In this document: piece by piece, positions 25,650-39,125 of the stretch | Numbering within the stretch: the first letter of the stretch is position 1 | Layout: every line of letters starts with the position of its first letter | Position numbers and translations under genes: made by a program | Source of the DNA: Rhina ancylostomus | Taxonomy: Eukaryota | Direction of reading: 5' to 3' | DNA: 64,000 nt | Assembly: GCA_030265395.1 (NCBI GenBank) | Contig: JARFYF010000017.1 | Location: 15,995,352-16,059,351 of the forward strand | Notes under the pieces: model-generated | Told to the model about the DNA's origin: nothing | The model's input: the letters and a program-made list of their open reading frames with translations, nothing else | Database searches by the model: none

Positions 25650-26090
25650 CAGAAGATAAAAAAGCTTGAGAACATGTACCACCAGGCTCAAGGTTAGCTT
25701 TTATTCCGCTGTCATAAGACTCTTGAATGGACCTCTAGTATGATAAAGATGAACTCTTGACCTGACAATCTACCTTGTCGTGGCCCTTGCACCTTATTGT
25801 CTACCTGCACTGCACTTTCTCTGTAACTGTAACACTATATTCTGCATTTTGTTATTATTTTCTGCATTTCTGTTATTGCATTCTGTCCAGCATTTGCAGG
25901 CGGCCCCCGGAACACTCTACGCAAAAGATGCATTTCACTGTGTGTTTCACTGTACATGTAACTAATAAAGATATCTTATTTTTTCCCTTGTACTACCTCG
26001 AAGTATTTGTACTTTTGAAATGCTCTGTATGGATGGCATACAAAACAGCATTTTTCACTGTATCTCGGTACGTGATAATAATAAACTAAT
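25650..26090 (+). mobile_element. Rex1/Babar LINE 3' end containing a SINE 3' fragment (~25885-25978)
   Basis: Near-identical to 21185-21487. The insert matches the tail of the 4573-5023 SINE (CCCC.GAACACTCTAC.CAAAAGATGCATTTCACTGTGTGTTTC). Confidence 0.85.
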
Positions 26091-28344
26091 TACCAATTAT
26101 TATAAAAATGATAAGCTAAGGAAATGTTCCTTGCTATCTACTTGACCTGTTTTGGCATCTCACATGATTCCTGTGAATCATGTGAACAAAACCTCTATTT
26201 ATCTTATGATAATTTAGAGTCACAGATTATCATACAAGAAGTGATTTAGTGCAATAGCTACACTAGGCACATGGGAGAGCAGACTTTCCTGGATCATTCA
26301 CGGAATCCAGTTAAGTTTAGGATTAGATCACACAGTTCCACATCTGTACTATAGCCTTAGGCCTTCTTCCTGGCTCTCGTAAGATCAAAAGGTTGAGAAT
26401 TTTACACCAAACTTAAACATCAAAAGCAAGATATCAGACCACAGCATTGTTTTTGATGTTAGAACTTACAAAGCTCTGTTAAAAAGTTCAGATAGTGTGT
26501 CTTTAAGGACACCAAAATTTAGAACATTTTAATATATCCTTAAATGTTAATTAATAGCGTTTAGTCAGTCTCCATTTGAGAACAATCTGCTGCTTGAAAT
26601 TGGGACAGATGTTGGGACAGTGATGTTGGTTGGCCCAGACCCAAGTAAAACCACCAACCCCATAAAACCTGAGGAGAATCTTCAGCTGTCTGCCTGGTAT
26701 TTCCCAACATCAGTAGATCAGAGTCTACCTTTGCTCTGCAGGCTGATTGTTAAGTCCCTGCATGTTGTTCCCCAGCCAATGGAAGCAGATTCATCTCCGC
26801 CAGCTGCCATCATCACTCAGCATAAACAATGACCCTAAATTCATGGGCCCTCAGTCTCCCGTGGACCCCTTCAACTCCCTTGTCATTTCTGGTGCATACT
26901 TTACTAGAAATTCTCACTGTACACCTGAAAGAAATTCCATTGCTGATCTATTGCATACAGGAGGGGTTAGACGTCATCTTTAGTCAGTCTACACTGCTGC
27001 TGGGATCCTCACTCATTGCCCATAGACTCCCAATCATCTGTTTTAATCAGTTGACAACTGTGAGCAGTGTGTGACTGAATTTCTAATTTATATTGATCCT
27101 AAGGAATCTCTTGATGAGCAATAGGGACTCAAAATAACCTCTATAGGGTCAGGTTTCACTGATACAACATGCGCCTGTGGAATCTAACCATTGCAGCCAA
27201 TGTGACTAAAATGTAATGGGAGAGTGCCTAAATTGCAACAGAAAACATTTCAAAGGACTGACAAAGTGAATCGTTCTGGGAGTAGAGTGGCAGTTGTTAT
27301 ATAGGCAAGTATGTGACAGTAAGGCTTTAATACAAAGAACACTGTGTTCTTCTTGGGCGATTTAAAATGTAAAGATATTGATGGCTTTGAGCTGGTGACT
27401 CCCTTGGCTCCCAGACGAGCTTTGTGGTTCAGTCCCACTTCCTTTGAAAACTTATGAATTAAAAAAAAGTTACATTTTTAGAAGCCAAGTGAGGTGCAAC
27501 AGGAAGGAACAGAGGAAACTGAATGCTTGAATGACAATGATTTTAACATTTCATTTGGAGAAGGGATGAATGAGACCAGCACACTGCAACCCCCCAAGAC
27601 TTCCTCAATTAGAGTCCCAGAGTTCAGCACAATACTGCAGGAAACATCAAAGAGGAGCTCTCTTTGTCAGTGNNNNNNNNNNNNNNNNNNNNNNNNNNNN
27701 NNNNNNNNNNNNNNNNNNNNNNNNNNNNNNNNNNNNNNNNNNNNNNNNNNNNNNNNNNNNNNNNNNNNNNNNAAAGAGGAGCTCTCTTTGTCAGTGAGAA
27801 GCTTTGTAAATACAGACTCCACTATGATCTGCTATGCATATGACTAAAAAGTTTTAAGTCTCTTCCAATAAGTTGATTTCCAAAATGACACACCGTACCG
27901 ACTAGGAAGTATTTTGCTGTTCCTTCAGCTGGAAATCCTGGAACTCTCTATCCAACAACATCGAGAGGGTGTATTCTCTAGATGGACAGTTGGGGTTCAA
28001 GAAATTGCCGCCTTGCTTCCACCTCTCACCTTCTCAAGGGCAATTAGGAATGGGCAACAAATGGGCCTTGCCAGTTTACGAAATGGAAAAGAAAAACTGC
28101 AGATGCTGGAAATCTGAAATAAAAACAAACTGCTGGAGTTTATCCAGCATTTCCTGCTGGAGTTTATCCAGCCTTGCCACTGCTGCCTGACCCCATGAAT
28201 GAATAAAAAGTCAGTCCTTGAATTTACTAAAGTTGCCAGGGTGTTATTTTAAGATTGGGTGCTGTCCACAGACCTTCATTTAAGCAGCTTTTAAAGGAAA
28301 AGATTAACATGGATTTGATTCTGTTCATTTACTGACAGTTTATC

Positions 28345-28700
28345 TAGAACATGAGAAATAAGGGCTGCAGTAAGCTAATCTGCCCCTCAAGCCTGCTCCA
28401 CCTTTCAATATCATGGCCGATCTTTTACCTCAGTTCCACCTTTCCACACTTACCCAATATCCCTTGATTTTCTCAGCGTCTAGAATTCTATCGATCTGTG
28501 TCTATAATGTGTTCAGCAACTGAGACTCATCAGCCCTCCAGGGTAAAGCATTCTAAGGACCCTGTACTCTCTAAGTGAAGAAACTTCTTTTCATTTCAGG
28601 ACTGAGCAGCCGACTGCTGACTTTGAAACTGCGATCCCTCTTTCTAGATATCTTAGCCGGGTAAAACACAGTCCCTGCATCAACCCTGTCAAGCCCTACA
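28345..28700 (-). mobile_element. CR1 LINE 3' remnant
   Basis: GAACATGAGAAATAAGG...CCCTCAAGCCTGCTCCACC..CAAT..TCATGGC.GATC tail motif. Confidence 0.75.
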
Positions 28701-29984
28701 TGTGTTTTCTTCTAAAGTGAAATTTTAAGCAGATTATTTTGGCAAACTGGCCTATTTAAGAGTATAAAGGACCATGTAGAAATATCACATATTATCATCT
28801 TAATGGATAGAAACTGTTTAAAATCCTGCACGGGTTGCTTGATTCTGAAAAGTACTGAAATAAATTGTGACTTAAATAAATGCTTCTAGGGTTCCTTGGG
28901 CATCTATGATTTCCTGTCATTTGCTACTTGCTCCAACTTGCTGTGAGCAACTTCCTGGACTCTCATTTTTGTTGAATAACGGGCAAAAAAAATGTTCATT
29001 AATCTATCCTCTCCTGAAAATTCTTAAAATGAACAGATGTTGTTCTATGGCCATTAGCAGCTGGAGTACAATTTAGTATGGAAGTAGCAGAGGATTAACT
29101 GATTTTTCATAATTTATTAGAACCAGAAAATGTGCCAAAGGATTGAAGCCAAATTTCTTACAGCTCTGTTCCCCAAAGGAGGAATGCCAGATAATCAGCA
29201 ACATTTTGGTATATGCCAGCTGTTAGAAAATTACCAACGGAAATAATTAGGGATAAAATAAATACTTTGAAGATTGTAGAAAGATTAGAGATCAAAATGC
29301 ATTTATACTTGGGAAGTCATGTTTGACTGGCAGCAGACTTTTTGAAGAGAATGGAGACATAAGAGACAGCAGATGCTGGAATCTTGATCAAAAAGAGAAT
29401 AATGGAACCTACACATAGGTCATTTGTGGCAACTGTTAGAATATGTGGATGTCCAGAAAGAAAGTGGTTTTCTTCTATTCAGTCACTGACAGCTAATCAA
29501 TGATACACATAACTTATAGGGAATGTTGCTTATTAAACATGTCTGTCACATCTTGAAGTGGTGAACCTGAAAGAATTGTAATAAGTCATTGTGCTATTCT
29601 CTCACTTGATTAATACAAACCTTCTCTTTCCAAAATAGCCAAAAAATAGGAAATGAAAGGAAAATATTTAATAGGCCAGATTTTGTTGTCAGAAACTGAT
29701 GCACCTATTGAACATGCTGTCGAATGAGAATTGCATATTAAATTGATAAATAGTAAATTTTGCTTAATATTTTAAACTAGGAGGCGCAGCAAAACTAAGT
29801 ACATACCTAGAATGTTTGCAGTGCTGCATATCACAAAGTTGTGTTCCCATACCTAGTCAATTTATCCAGCCTCCAAAATCTGAAAGATTTTAAGCTACTC
29901 ATCTTTCTACATCAGAGGCCTGGAACAGTGGATGAACTGTCATTGCTCGACATCATTCCTCCTTTTTCTTTACTTATTCACTAT

Positions 29985-30740
29985 TTGGTATCTGGCCATC
30001 ACTAGTAAGGACAGTATTTATTGTCCATTCCTAACTATTCTTGAGAAGAGGCTGGTGAGTTGCCTTCCCGAACTGGTGGAGGTACTCCCACAGTGTTATT
30101 GGGGAGGAAGTTCCAGGCTTTATACCCAGTGACAATGAAAGACCAGTGGCAAATTTCCAAGTCAAGTTGATAGGTGATTTGGGAGGAATCTGGAGATTTT
30201 AGTGTCCTTGTTCATCTTGGTCACAGGTTTGGGAACTGCTGTAGCCAAGGTGAGTAACTGCTGTGCGTTCTGTAGATGCTACACACTGCAGCCACTGTGT
30301 GCTGGTGAGAGAAAAATAATCAATGTTCAAGGTGATCAATGGGGTGTCAACCAAGTGGTCTACTTTGTCCTGAATGGTGTTGAAATACCTGAAAGTTGCA
30401 CTAATCGAGGCAATTGAAGAGTATTCCAACACGCTCCTGACTTGTGCCTTGTAGATGGTTGGAGGGCTTTCAGGTGTTGGAAGATGTGTCTCTCAGAGCA
30501 GGATACCCAACCTTGGACCTGCTCTCATAGCTGCAATGTTTAAGTAGAAGGTTCAGTTGCGTTTCCAGTCAAATGTAGTCCTCAGGATGATAGTGGGTGA
30601 CTTAGCGATGGTAATGCCATTGAATGTCAAGGGGAGGTGGTTAGACTCTTGTTGAAGGGTCATTGGCTCGCACTTTTGTGGCACAATTGTACCTCTCATA
30701 TATCAGCACATGCCTGAATTTTGTCTCGGTCTTGCTGTAT
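29985..30740 (-). mobile_element. L2-like LINE 3' remnant
   Basis: Minus strand reads YKAQVRSVLEYS-like. Shares its terminus with the 20300 copy. Confidence 0.72.
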
Positions 30741-33049
30741 CTGTGAAAGTAACTACGATTTCTGGTGCCTGCATATGTGCACTTAGGAATTTAAAAGCAT
30801 GTGAAATAGCAGATGTAGATCACTACTATTTGAGCCTATTGCACCATTTGATAAGCTATGGCTGACTTTCCTGCCTGTTCCCCAGTACCTTGGTCCCTAT
30901 AGACTAAAATTCCACCTTTCTCATCCTTGACTATTTTCAGTGATACCGTCTCCAGGGCTCTCCTGGGGACAGAATTCCAAAAATTTATGACCTCTGGTAG
31001 ATGAATTTCCTCCTCGTCACGAAGATGGGAAAGTGAAAGTTACTTAGAGCCTGTTCCTCCACAGGGCACACTGCTGTTGTCTTTAGACCTGCAATCCTTG
31101 CAGAGTCTGAGATTTCACCATCTTTATGTACTGTTCCTACTGAAAACTGATTGGAACTGACATGTCTTGTTGAATGAGGTGTACCTGGGCTTTTAACAGC
31201 CTACAAATTGTAAGTACTGGCAAGTAAACTCATAAGTCATCTGGCACTGCTGTCTGAAGTTTTTTTTTTATTTTATATGTGATTAAACCTGTATTTAAAT
31301 CAATGCAATCAATCATCCAATCTCTTTCTGCACCACTACAACTCAGTGAGCACACAGCCAGTCTTGTTCCCAATGCTGTTCTAAGACAAGTATTGAAAGT
31401 ATGTAGTATGATGTAATTCTGTGACTTGAATATCACTCTGAAATACACATGTATATATGCATTTTGCGTCATACCATAAAATACACAGGTACTCAGAAGA
31501 AAATGTCCTTGATCCATTTCCCATCCCAGCCATACAATTCAACCGTAACATAGTGAAGAGTGAGTGGAAAAATCCGGTAATTAATCTCCAGAAAGTGCCA
31601 CATATGGTCAATTTTCTGCTCCTTATTGAATATGCTTCTGTCAGCATACTGGGTTGTGTCTGCAGCACCTCATTAATGTCAGTCTTTTTTCGCATTGATC
31701 ACAAGGTGTCTGCATTTCCCTTGCCCTTTTAAATCTAATTATAACTGACTATTTCACATGTAGGAGGGGCAACCGACCAAAGTTACTAACCAATTGAATT
31801 GGAACAACAGAAAATTCCTACTCGGAGTTCATCTATGAACAGGCTGTGTACATTTAAAGTATTTACTCAAGATCTTGTCTCCTTTGACCTTGGCCTGTAT
31901 TAGGAGATTTGCTTTCAATGGACGGTCCTTTAAAAAGGATAAAAGTAGCACTTCCAAACTGTTACTGAACTGCATTTTGTATTTGTGCACACAGGGAAAT
32001 ATTTTAATGACAGGTTATTATCTATTTTGAAACAGCAATTTAAGCAACTGCAGGTTTCAGCGATAACATAGATGATGCAGAATAGTCCTTTTTTTGGAAA
32101 GGAAATAAACCAGACAAATTACACCTCTGAAAGACTCTACACTTTGATCTTTGTTACTCACTTAATTAAGAACTCTGTAATTCAGCATCTCTCCTTTTTG
32201 ATATGCATTCAAATCCATCTCATTGGTTATTTGGCAATTTGCAGCTAATAATAAAACCTTAATGACAAGTCTTTGAACTTTCACTTTATATACGGTTATT
32301 ATCCGATCTTTAATTCCACCTCAGATTTAACAGACACTGAGGCACAATTCTGTAATCTATCAAATGGGCTGGGACTTGCTAAACTTTATTGCTGCTTCAT
32401 AACAACCTGTCATGGTTCTGAGTTCTGGCCCTCAATTTGGCTCCATTAATGCCTTGTTGTCCAGCACATGGATTCCANNNNNNNNNNNNNNNNNNNNNNN
32501 NNNNNNNNNNNNNNNNNNNNNNNNNNNNNNNNNNNNNNNNNNNNNNNNNNNNNNNNNNNNNNNNNNNNNNNNNNNNNCAGTGCAGAGGACTGGCATTCAT
32601 TGAATGAGAGATGATGCTGTGTGTTTCTTCATTCTCCACTAGCAAAGTGCAGTCTTGCTGGGACTTCCCAGCATTATGTAGGGGAATCAGTTCTCTAATG
32701 CTGGGCCAAGTCACGAGACTCACATTGAGGATTTTATGACTGCAGATTATGAGGAAAAGAGGAAGGTGAATTACTTTTTAAATTGTTTAGGTTAATGGTT
32801 TAATTACTTATAATAGCTTCTACCATGTTTTTGATTATTTGTGAAAATATTTTAATTATCTAGTTCAGTTGTAAGAGTTTTTAAGTGTAGAGACATTTAA
32901 AAAAACGAACAAAATCATTTACATTTGGCAAAGTTCCAGCCCCAGCTTCAACAGCTGCTGGGGGCTGTTAGGACCCTCCACATTATGCAACCTAATGTCA
33001 AGTTATCATATGAACTATGCTGATAGATTCAAGGTTGTGGAAGGCCAGT

Positions 33050-34572
33050 GAGATAGGCTCTCATTATAAATCCATTTGAGAGTGGACACAAAGGGAATGT
33101 GTGTGGTGATTCCAGGCAGCAGACAGGGTCCAGTCCTTCATTTTATCACAAGGGCTGTTCAAGAAGCGTTTTGGTTTATTATTCCAAGCCCTCACCCACT
33201 ACAAGTTTCCTGTGTCGCAAAATATATCCCTTTAAGACAAAAATATCCAATGTGAAAAGTCGCCCAGCTGTGACTATTAAAAGAAGTTAAAGATATTATT
33301 AGATCAAAGGATAAGGCTATAACGTAGGCAAAAAAACCAGAAAGCCTGAGGATTAGGAAACTTTCAGGAATTGGCCAAGGCAGACAAAGATATTGATAAG
33401 GAAAGGGAAAATAGAATACAAATATAGGCAAGTAAGAAACAAAAATAATGACTAAGTTTTTGTACATAGGTAAAATGGAAAAGACTAGTAAAAGTTAATG
33501 TAGATCCTTACAGACTGAGACAGGAGAAATTATACTAGGAAATAAGGAAAAGTCAGGAAACAAAGTTTGTCTGCTTTTATGGAAGAAAATACTGAAAACA
33601 TTTTGGAAATAATAGAGAACTACAGGTATAGATTGAAGGACGAGATCAAAGACATAAACTTTAGTAAAACATCAGTATTGATCTGCATCTGATGGATTTG
33701 AAAACGATAGCTGTGGCGATTGTGGCTGCACTGGTTGTCATATTTCACAATCCCAGAGATCCTAGATCAGTTTACACAGATTGGAAGGTAGCATTTATAA
33801 CCTCACTATTTAAGGAGGGAGAGAAAAAACTGAACCATGGACCAATTAGTCTGACATCAGGAAGGAAAGCACTGGAATCTAGTATTAGCGAAGTGGCAAG
33901 AGGCCATCTGGCAAATAATAGGAATGAGCAGAATCAACGTGGATTTATGAAAAGGAAATAATGTTTGACAAATTAGTTAGAGGTTTTTGATATTGTAGCT
34001 TGGAGAATAGATAAGGATAAATCAATTGATGACATGCATTTGGACTTTCAAAAGGCCTTTGACAAGAGGTTATTGAATTAGAAAGCATGGCGTTGGGTGT
34101 AGTATACTGTTGTGGACTGAGGATTGGTTAAAGGACAAAAAATAAAGATATTTTTAGGCTTTGAGGAAATCAAGGATTATGTAGTGCTTGGAGAAGCATA
34201 GGCTGATTAGGGGCATGGCTTTGTGAAGGCAGGTTGTGCCTCATGAGCCTGATCGGATACTTTAAGGATGTGACAAAGCACATTAATGAAGGTAGAGCAA
34301 TGGATGTTGTGTACACAGATTTTAGTAAGGTGTTTGATAAGGTTCCTCATGGAAGGCCCATTCAGAACGTCAGGAGGCAAGGGACCCAGGGAAACTTGGC
34401 TGTGTGGATGTGGATTCGGAATCGGCTCACCTATAGAAGATAGGTTTGTAGATGGAGAGTATTCTGCCTGGAGGCTGGTGACCAGTGGTGTTCCCCAGGG
34501 ATCTGTTCTGGGACCCCTGCTCTTTGTGATTTTTATAAATGACTTGGATGAGGATGTGGAAGGGTGGGTTAG
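33050..34572 (+). mobile_element. CR1 LINE ORF2 fragments (older copy 33050-34140, younger RT piece 34190-34572)
   Basis: [44 protein letters not shown] and [24 protein letters not shown], with stops and frameshifts. Confidence 0.93.
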
Positions 34573-34889
34573 NNNNNNNNNNNNNNNNNNNNNNNNNNNN
34601 NNNNNNNNNNNNNNNNNNNNNNNNNNNNNNNNNNNNNNNNNNNNNNNNNNNNNNNNNNNNNNNNNNNNNNNNTGAGGAAGTATCCTGACTCCAGTCTTGT
34701 ATCAGTGTGCTGCATTTGGGTTCTCTGAGTTTGCTCAACATTGTGACAGCAATTTCTGTCACCTTCAAGGAGATTTCTCCACTGGACACATCTTCCCCTC
34801 CCCTTCCCTCAGCAGTTTGAAGTGACCATTTCCTTTGCATGTCCCTGATTCATTCTTCCATCTCCAGCAATCACTCCCCTTCCCATGAA

Positions 34890-36110
34890 TTACTCACCAA
34901 TGATCAGTTTGGGTTTCACCAGGATCAGCTGCAGTTGTCATCATGGCCTTGGTCCAAACATGGACCAAAGAGCTGAATTCCAGAGGTGAGGTTACAGTCA
35001 CTGCCCTGAACATCAAGGCAGTATTTGATTAAGTGTGACATCAGGGACAAATGGTACAACTGAAGTTAATCAGTATCATATTTTGTAATCATACCTCATG
35101 TAAAGGAAGATGGTTGAGGTTATTGGAGGTCAATCATTGCAGCTCCAGCTCATCACTCTAGGCATTCCTCAGGCCAAAATCCAGGTTCAGCTCCCTCTAG
35201 CTACTTCATCAATCATTGCCACAACCTGTTCAAGGGCAATTAGGGATGGCTGATAAATATAGGTCTTGCCAGATTCCAGATTGCAAAAATTCAATTTAAA
35301 AACATGACTGCACAATGCTAATTAACATTTGAAGTTCCTCAGAAAATGAAGCAATCCATGCCTGCCTGCAGAAATACATAGACAATATTCAAGCATGGAC
35401 ATTAAGTGGCAAGGCACAATTGTGCCACAAAGGTGCCAGGCAATGACCATCTCCAAAAAGGGAGAGTGTAACTGCACACCCTTGAAATTCAATGGCATTC
35501 CAGTTGCTGAGTCAACATCTTGAAATTCAACATTGAGCAGAAACTCTATAGGACCAGCAACATAAGTATTGTGGTTGCAAGAGCTCTTTTTGTAAGTAAC
35601 TCACCTCCTGACACCTCAAAGCCTTTCCACCATTTATAATGCATGTCAGGATTGTGGTAGAATGTTGTCTGCTTGCCTGGATAGTAGAGCTCACATTGCG
35701 CTCAAGAAGCTTGACGGCACCTGGGAAAAAGCATCTGGTTGATTGGTATAATATCCTCTATTTACAAGTTAATTTTCACTACTACTGGTGCACAGTGACT
35801 GTAGTGTATATCACCAACAATATGTACTGCAGTTACATGGCTCGGCTGTTCTTACAGCACATCCCAAACCCATGACCCTATAACCAAGATAGATAAGGGG
35901 CCAGGTGCATGGAAATATCACCATGTGTATGTTCCCCTCAAAATTGCACATCACCAAATTATTGTTGCTGAGTCTAAATCCTAAAACTACCATCCCAACA
36001 GTGTTGTTGGAGCACCTTCTCCAGAAGCCCAGTTCTGGTTCAAAAAAAGTGCTTCATCACCTCTTTCTCATGCGTAATTAAGAATGGGCCTGCCGCCAAT
36101 GCTCAGATCC
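34890..36110 (+). mobile_element. L2-like LINE RT remnant
   Basis: Degenerate DQFGF, ALNIKAVFD*V and GIPQ motifs. Homologous to 4110-5560. Confidence 0.75.
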
Positions 36111-36769
36111 CAAAATATGAGTAAATAGAATCTTTTTTATGATAAGCTGTCTGCTCAATTAGAATGATAAATTGAAAATTCCAAATTATATTGATATGTT
36201 CAACTGTGACAAAAACATGGAAATATCAGCAAATTCCTCTTGTGATTTCTTTGAGTTCCTGCTTTTGACATGCTTCTGTCTCTCGTCACCGTGCTGTATA
36301 ATATGTGGAAGCTTGCTGACTTTCAATGGAGGAAACTACAGATCTACTTGAAGGATGAACTCAAATAGTTCCAGGGTTAGAAGGCCCGCCTTTGGATTCC
36401 AACTTCTGAGTGACAACAGGTTGTGTTGGTTAGTAGACAGCATAGGCATGAGCAGAGCAACAGTGCTGAGATCAGAAATGCTGTTATCCTCAGAAGAAGT
36501 AGCAGATTTATACTCCATGAAGTCAACACCATTCTCCCCATGTAGCAATTTAGTAAACCCAATAATCTGTTGGAGAACGGATTACTATAGTTCCAGATCT
36601 TCTGCAAGCCAGTTTGAACACTGTCATCCAGAGTCATAATGCCAGCTTTGAATTGTATCAGTTCTGGTGAAAGGTCATTTACCTGAAACATTGTCATTGT
36701 TTTTCTCTTTTGAGGTGCTACTTGATATGAGTATTTTCAGCATTTTCTTTTTTTATTTGTGGCAAAGGT

Positions 36770-37515
36770 TTTATTTATGGCAGGACTCTTAGCAGTGTGG
36801 AGGAACAGAGGGATCTTGGGGTCCACGTCCATGGATCCCTCAAGGTTGCCACACAGGTTGATAGCATTGTTAAGAAGGTATATGGTGTGTTGGCCTTCAT
36901 TAGTTGGGGTATCAAGTTCAAGAGCCTCGAGGTAATGTTGCAGCTCTAAAACTCTGGTTAGACCACATTTGGAGTATTGTGTTCAGTTCTGGTCACCTCA
37001 TTATAGAAGGGATGTGGAAGCTTTAGAGAGGCTGCAGAGGAGGACAGCAGAATGAAGGTACGAGGATGCTGCTTGGATTGGAGAGCATGTCTTATGAGGA
37101 GAGTTTGAGTGAGCTAGGGCTTTTCCTTTTGGAGCACAGGAGGATGAGAAGTGTCCTGACAGAGGTGTACAAGGTGATAAAAGGCATAGGTTGAATTGAC
37201 AGTCAGAGACCTTCTCCCAGAATGAAAATGGCTCACATGAAGGGGCATAAATTTAAGGTGATTGAAGGAAGGTATGGGGGGATGTCAAAGGTAAGTTTTG
37301 TTTTACACAGTGGTGGGTGAGTGGAACGCGCTGCCTGCAGAGCTTGTGGGTGCAGATACATTCAGGACATTTAAGAGACTCTTAGATAGCCACATGAATG
37401 ACAGAAAAATGGAGGGCTATGCAGGAGGGAAGGATTAGATAGATCTTGGAGTAGGATAAAATGTCAGCACAACATTGTAGGCTGAAGGGCCTGTACTGTG
37501 CTGTAGTGTTTTATG
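36770..37515 (+). mobile_element. CR1 LINE 3' end, relatively young
   Basis: [44 protein letters not shown] and the GCTGAAGGGCCTGTACTGTGCTGT tail. Confidence 0.93.
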
Positions 37516-38890
37516 TAAGTGCGGGAAAATGGGACTAAGGTGAAAATCAGCCAAGATCTTATTGATTGGCAGAGGAAGCATGAGGGGCAAAATGGCCTTG
37601 TTCTGCTTCTATTACCTGCACCATCTACAATGGCAAAAAAAGAGCAACTATGTTCTGGGAACACCTTTGCCCACAAATTCTCCAAGCCTCCCACAATGCC
37701 AACATCATTCCCTTATTTTCTGTGGTTCCATGGACTGAAATTCTCCACTTAACAAATTGAAGGAGCAAGGCCAGCTAGTGTTCAAGGAATTGGCCCCACA
37801 CCACTTTCTGGGATCCACAACTAATATGGTCTCAAACACCACAGAAGATTTTTTAAAAAGTGAGCTGAGTTTTGTCCTCACCATACATTTTCAGCAGGAC
37901 TTGTGAGATATTGAACAAAAACTGGAACTCTAGTCAGTTTCCCCTACTGAATAAAGAGCTATTGAGGCAAACCGTATTGTCTGACACCATCTTGACTGAT
38001 CATTCAGTTAACATGAATGAAGTTTCTCCTTCTGGAGATGATTTACTCCAGGAGTGATTTTATTGGACACTGTACTTAACCAAGATGCTGTCTGGTAACG
38101 TGACATCTTTAAAACATCTGATCCAGTCACTGGTTCTAGAATGTTGATTTTGACTCTGTTCCAAATGGCTTTTCTCTATTCATCTCAGTTGTCAGGATGG
38201 GTGACTAGAGATTGGCTAGCATTTGTAGCCAATCTCTCACCACCCATGCTGACAACGGAGTATTTTGCTAGCAGGGGAGTGTGATGGCTTTGCCAAAAGG
38301 GATGCTGACATCCTCTCCATAGTCATTCATGATACATGCATTTAATGTGTTTCTCCAAAAACAGTCAAATCTAAATTCCTCCACATGTCCCTGCTTACTG
38401 GGCCACTTCAGAGGACACTTTTCAGTGTCAACAACATTGCTGAAGAACCGCAGCTGCATAAACTGGATGGAAGACATTGATGAACCAGTACAGTTTTCAT
38501 AAGAATCTGGCAGTTCATGTTCATTTGTACCAAAATTATTATACAACAACTAACTTTCATTTTCAGGCACTATTTAAACGCAAGTTGTTATTGTATAATA
38601 CCTCCCAGAAATACTTGACACCATGTCACATGGCATGTATTAGAGCAGGTGATCAAATGTGGGTCAAAGCTGAGGGGTAGGGTTTAAGGACCATTTTAAA
38701 AGGAAGGGAGAGGGGTGTGTTTGTGTGTGTGTGGGGGGGGGGGGTGTTGGAGAAGTGTAGTGAAGGACTTTCAAAGGATAAAAACTTAACAGTGGCCATA
38801 AGGATGGATCAGGGCTAATAATGGAGGAGTAGGAAGAGGAATCACTGCAGGTGGTCTTCTCTCTGAATGCGACTGGATAGTCAGGATGGG

Positions 38891-39125
38891 GGCAGCACCG
38901 TAGCGTAGCGGTTAGTGCAACGCTATTACAGCGCCAGCAATCCGGGTTCGATTCCTGTCGCTGTCTGTAAGGAGGTTATACGTGTCTGTGTGGGTTTCCT
39001 CCGGGTGCTCCCGTTTCCTCCCACATTCTAAAGACATACCGGTAAATTAAATTGGGATTTAAAATAGGCGGCGCAGACTCGTCGGGCCGGAAGGGCCTGT
39101 CACCATGCTGTAAATAAGATTAGAT
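38891..39125 (+). mobile_element. tRNA-derived SINE with intact Pol III A and B boxes
   Basis: A box TAGCGTAGCGG 38901-38911, B box GGTTCGATTCC 38945-38955, V-type core, CR1-type tail GGGCCGGAAGGGCCTGT. Confidence 0.9.

Noticed and set aside
27649-27796. AAAGAGGAGCTCTCTTTGTCAGTG repeated across the 27673-27772 gap
   Set aside because: Same scaffolding artefact. It is not a CRISPR repeat or TSD.
38891-38965. tRNA-like sequence with A and B boxes
   Set aside because: It continues into SINE core and tail and has no proper cloverleaf, so it is a SINE head. The same applies to 4950-5023, 17010 and 22767.
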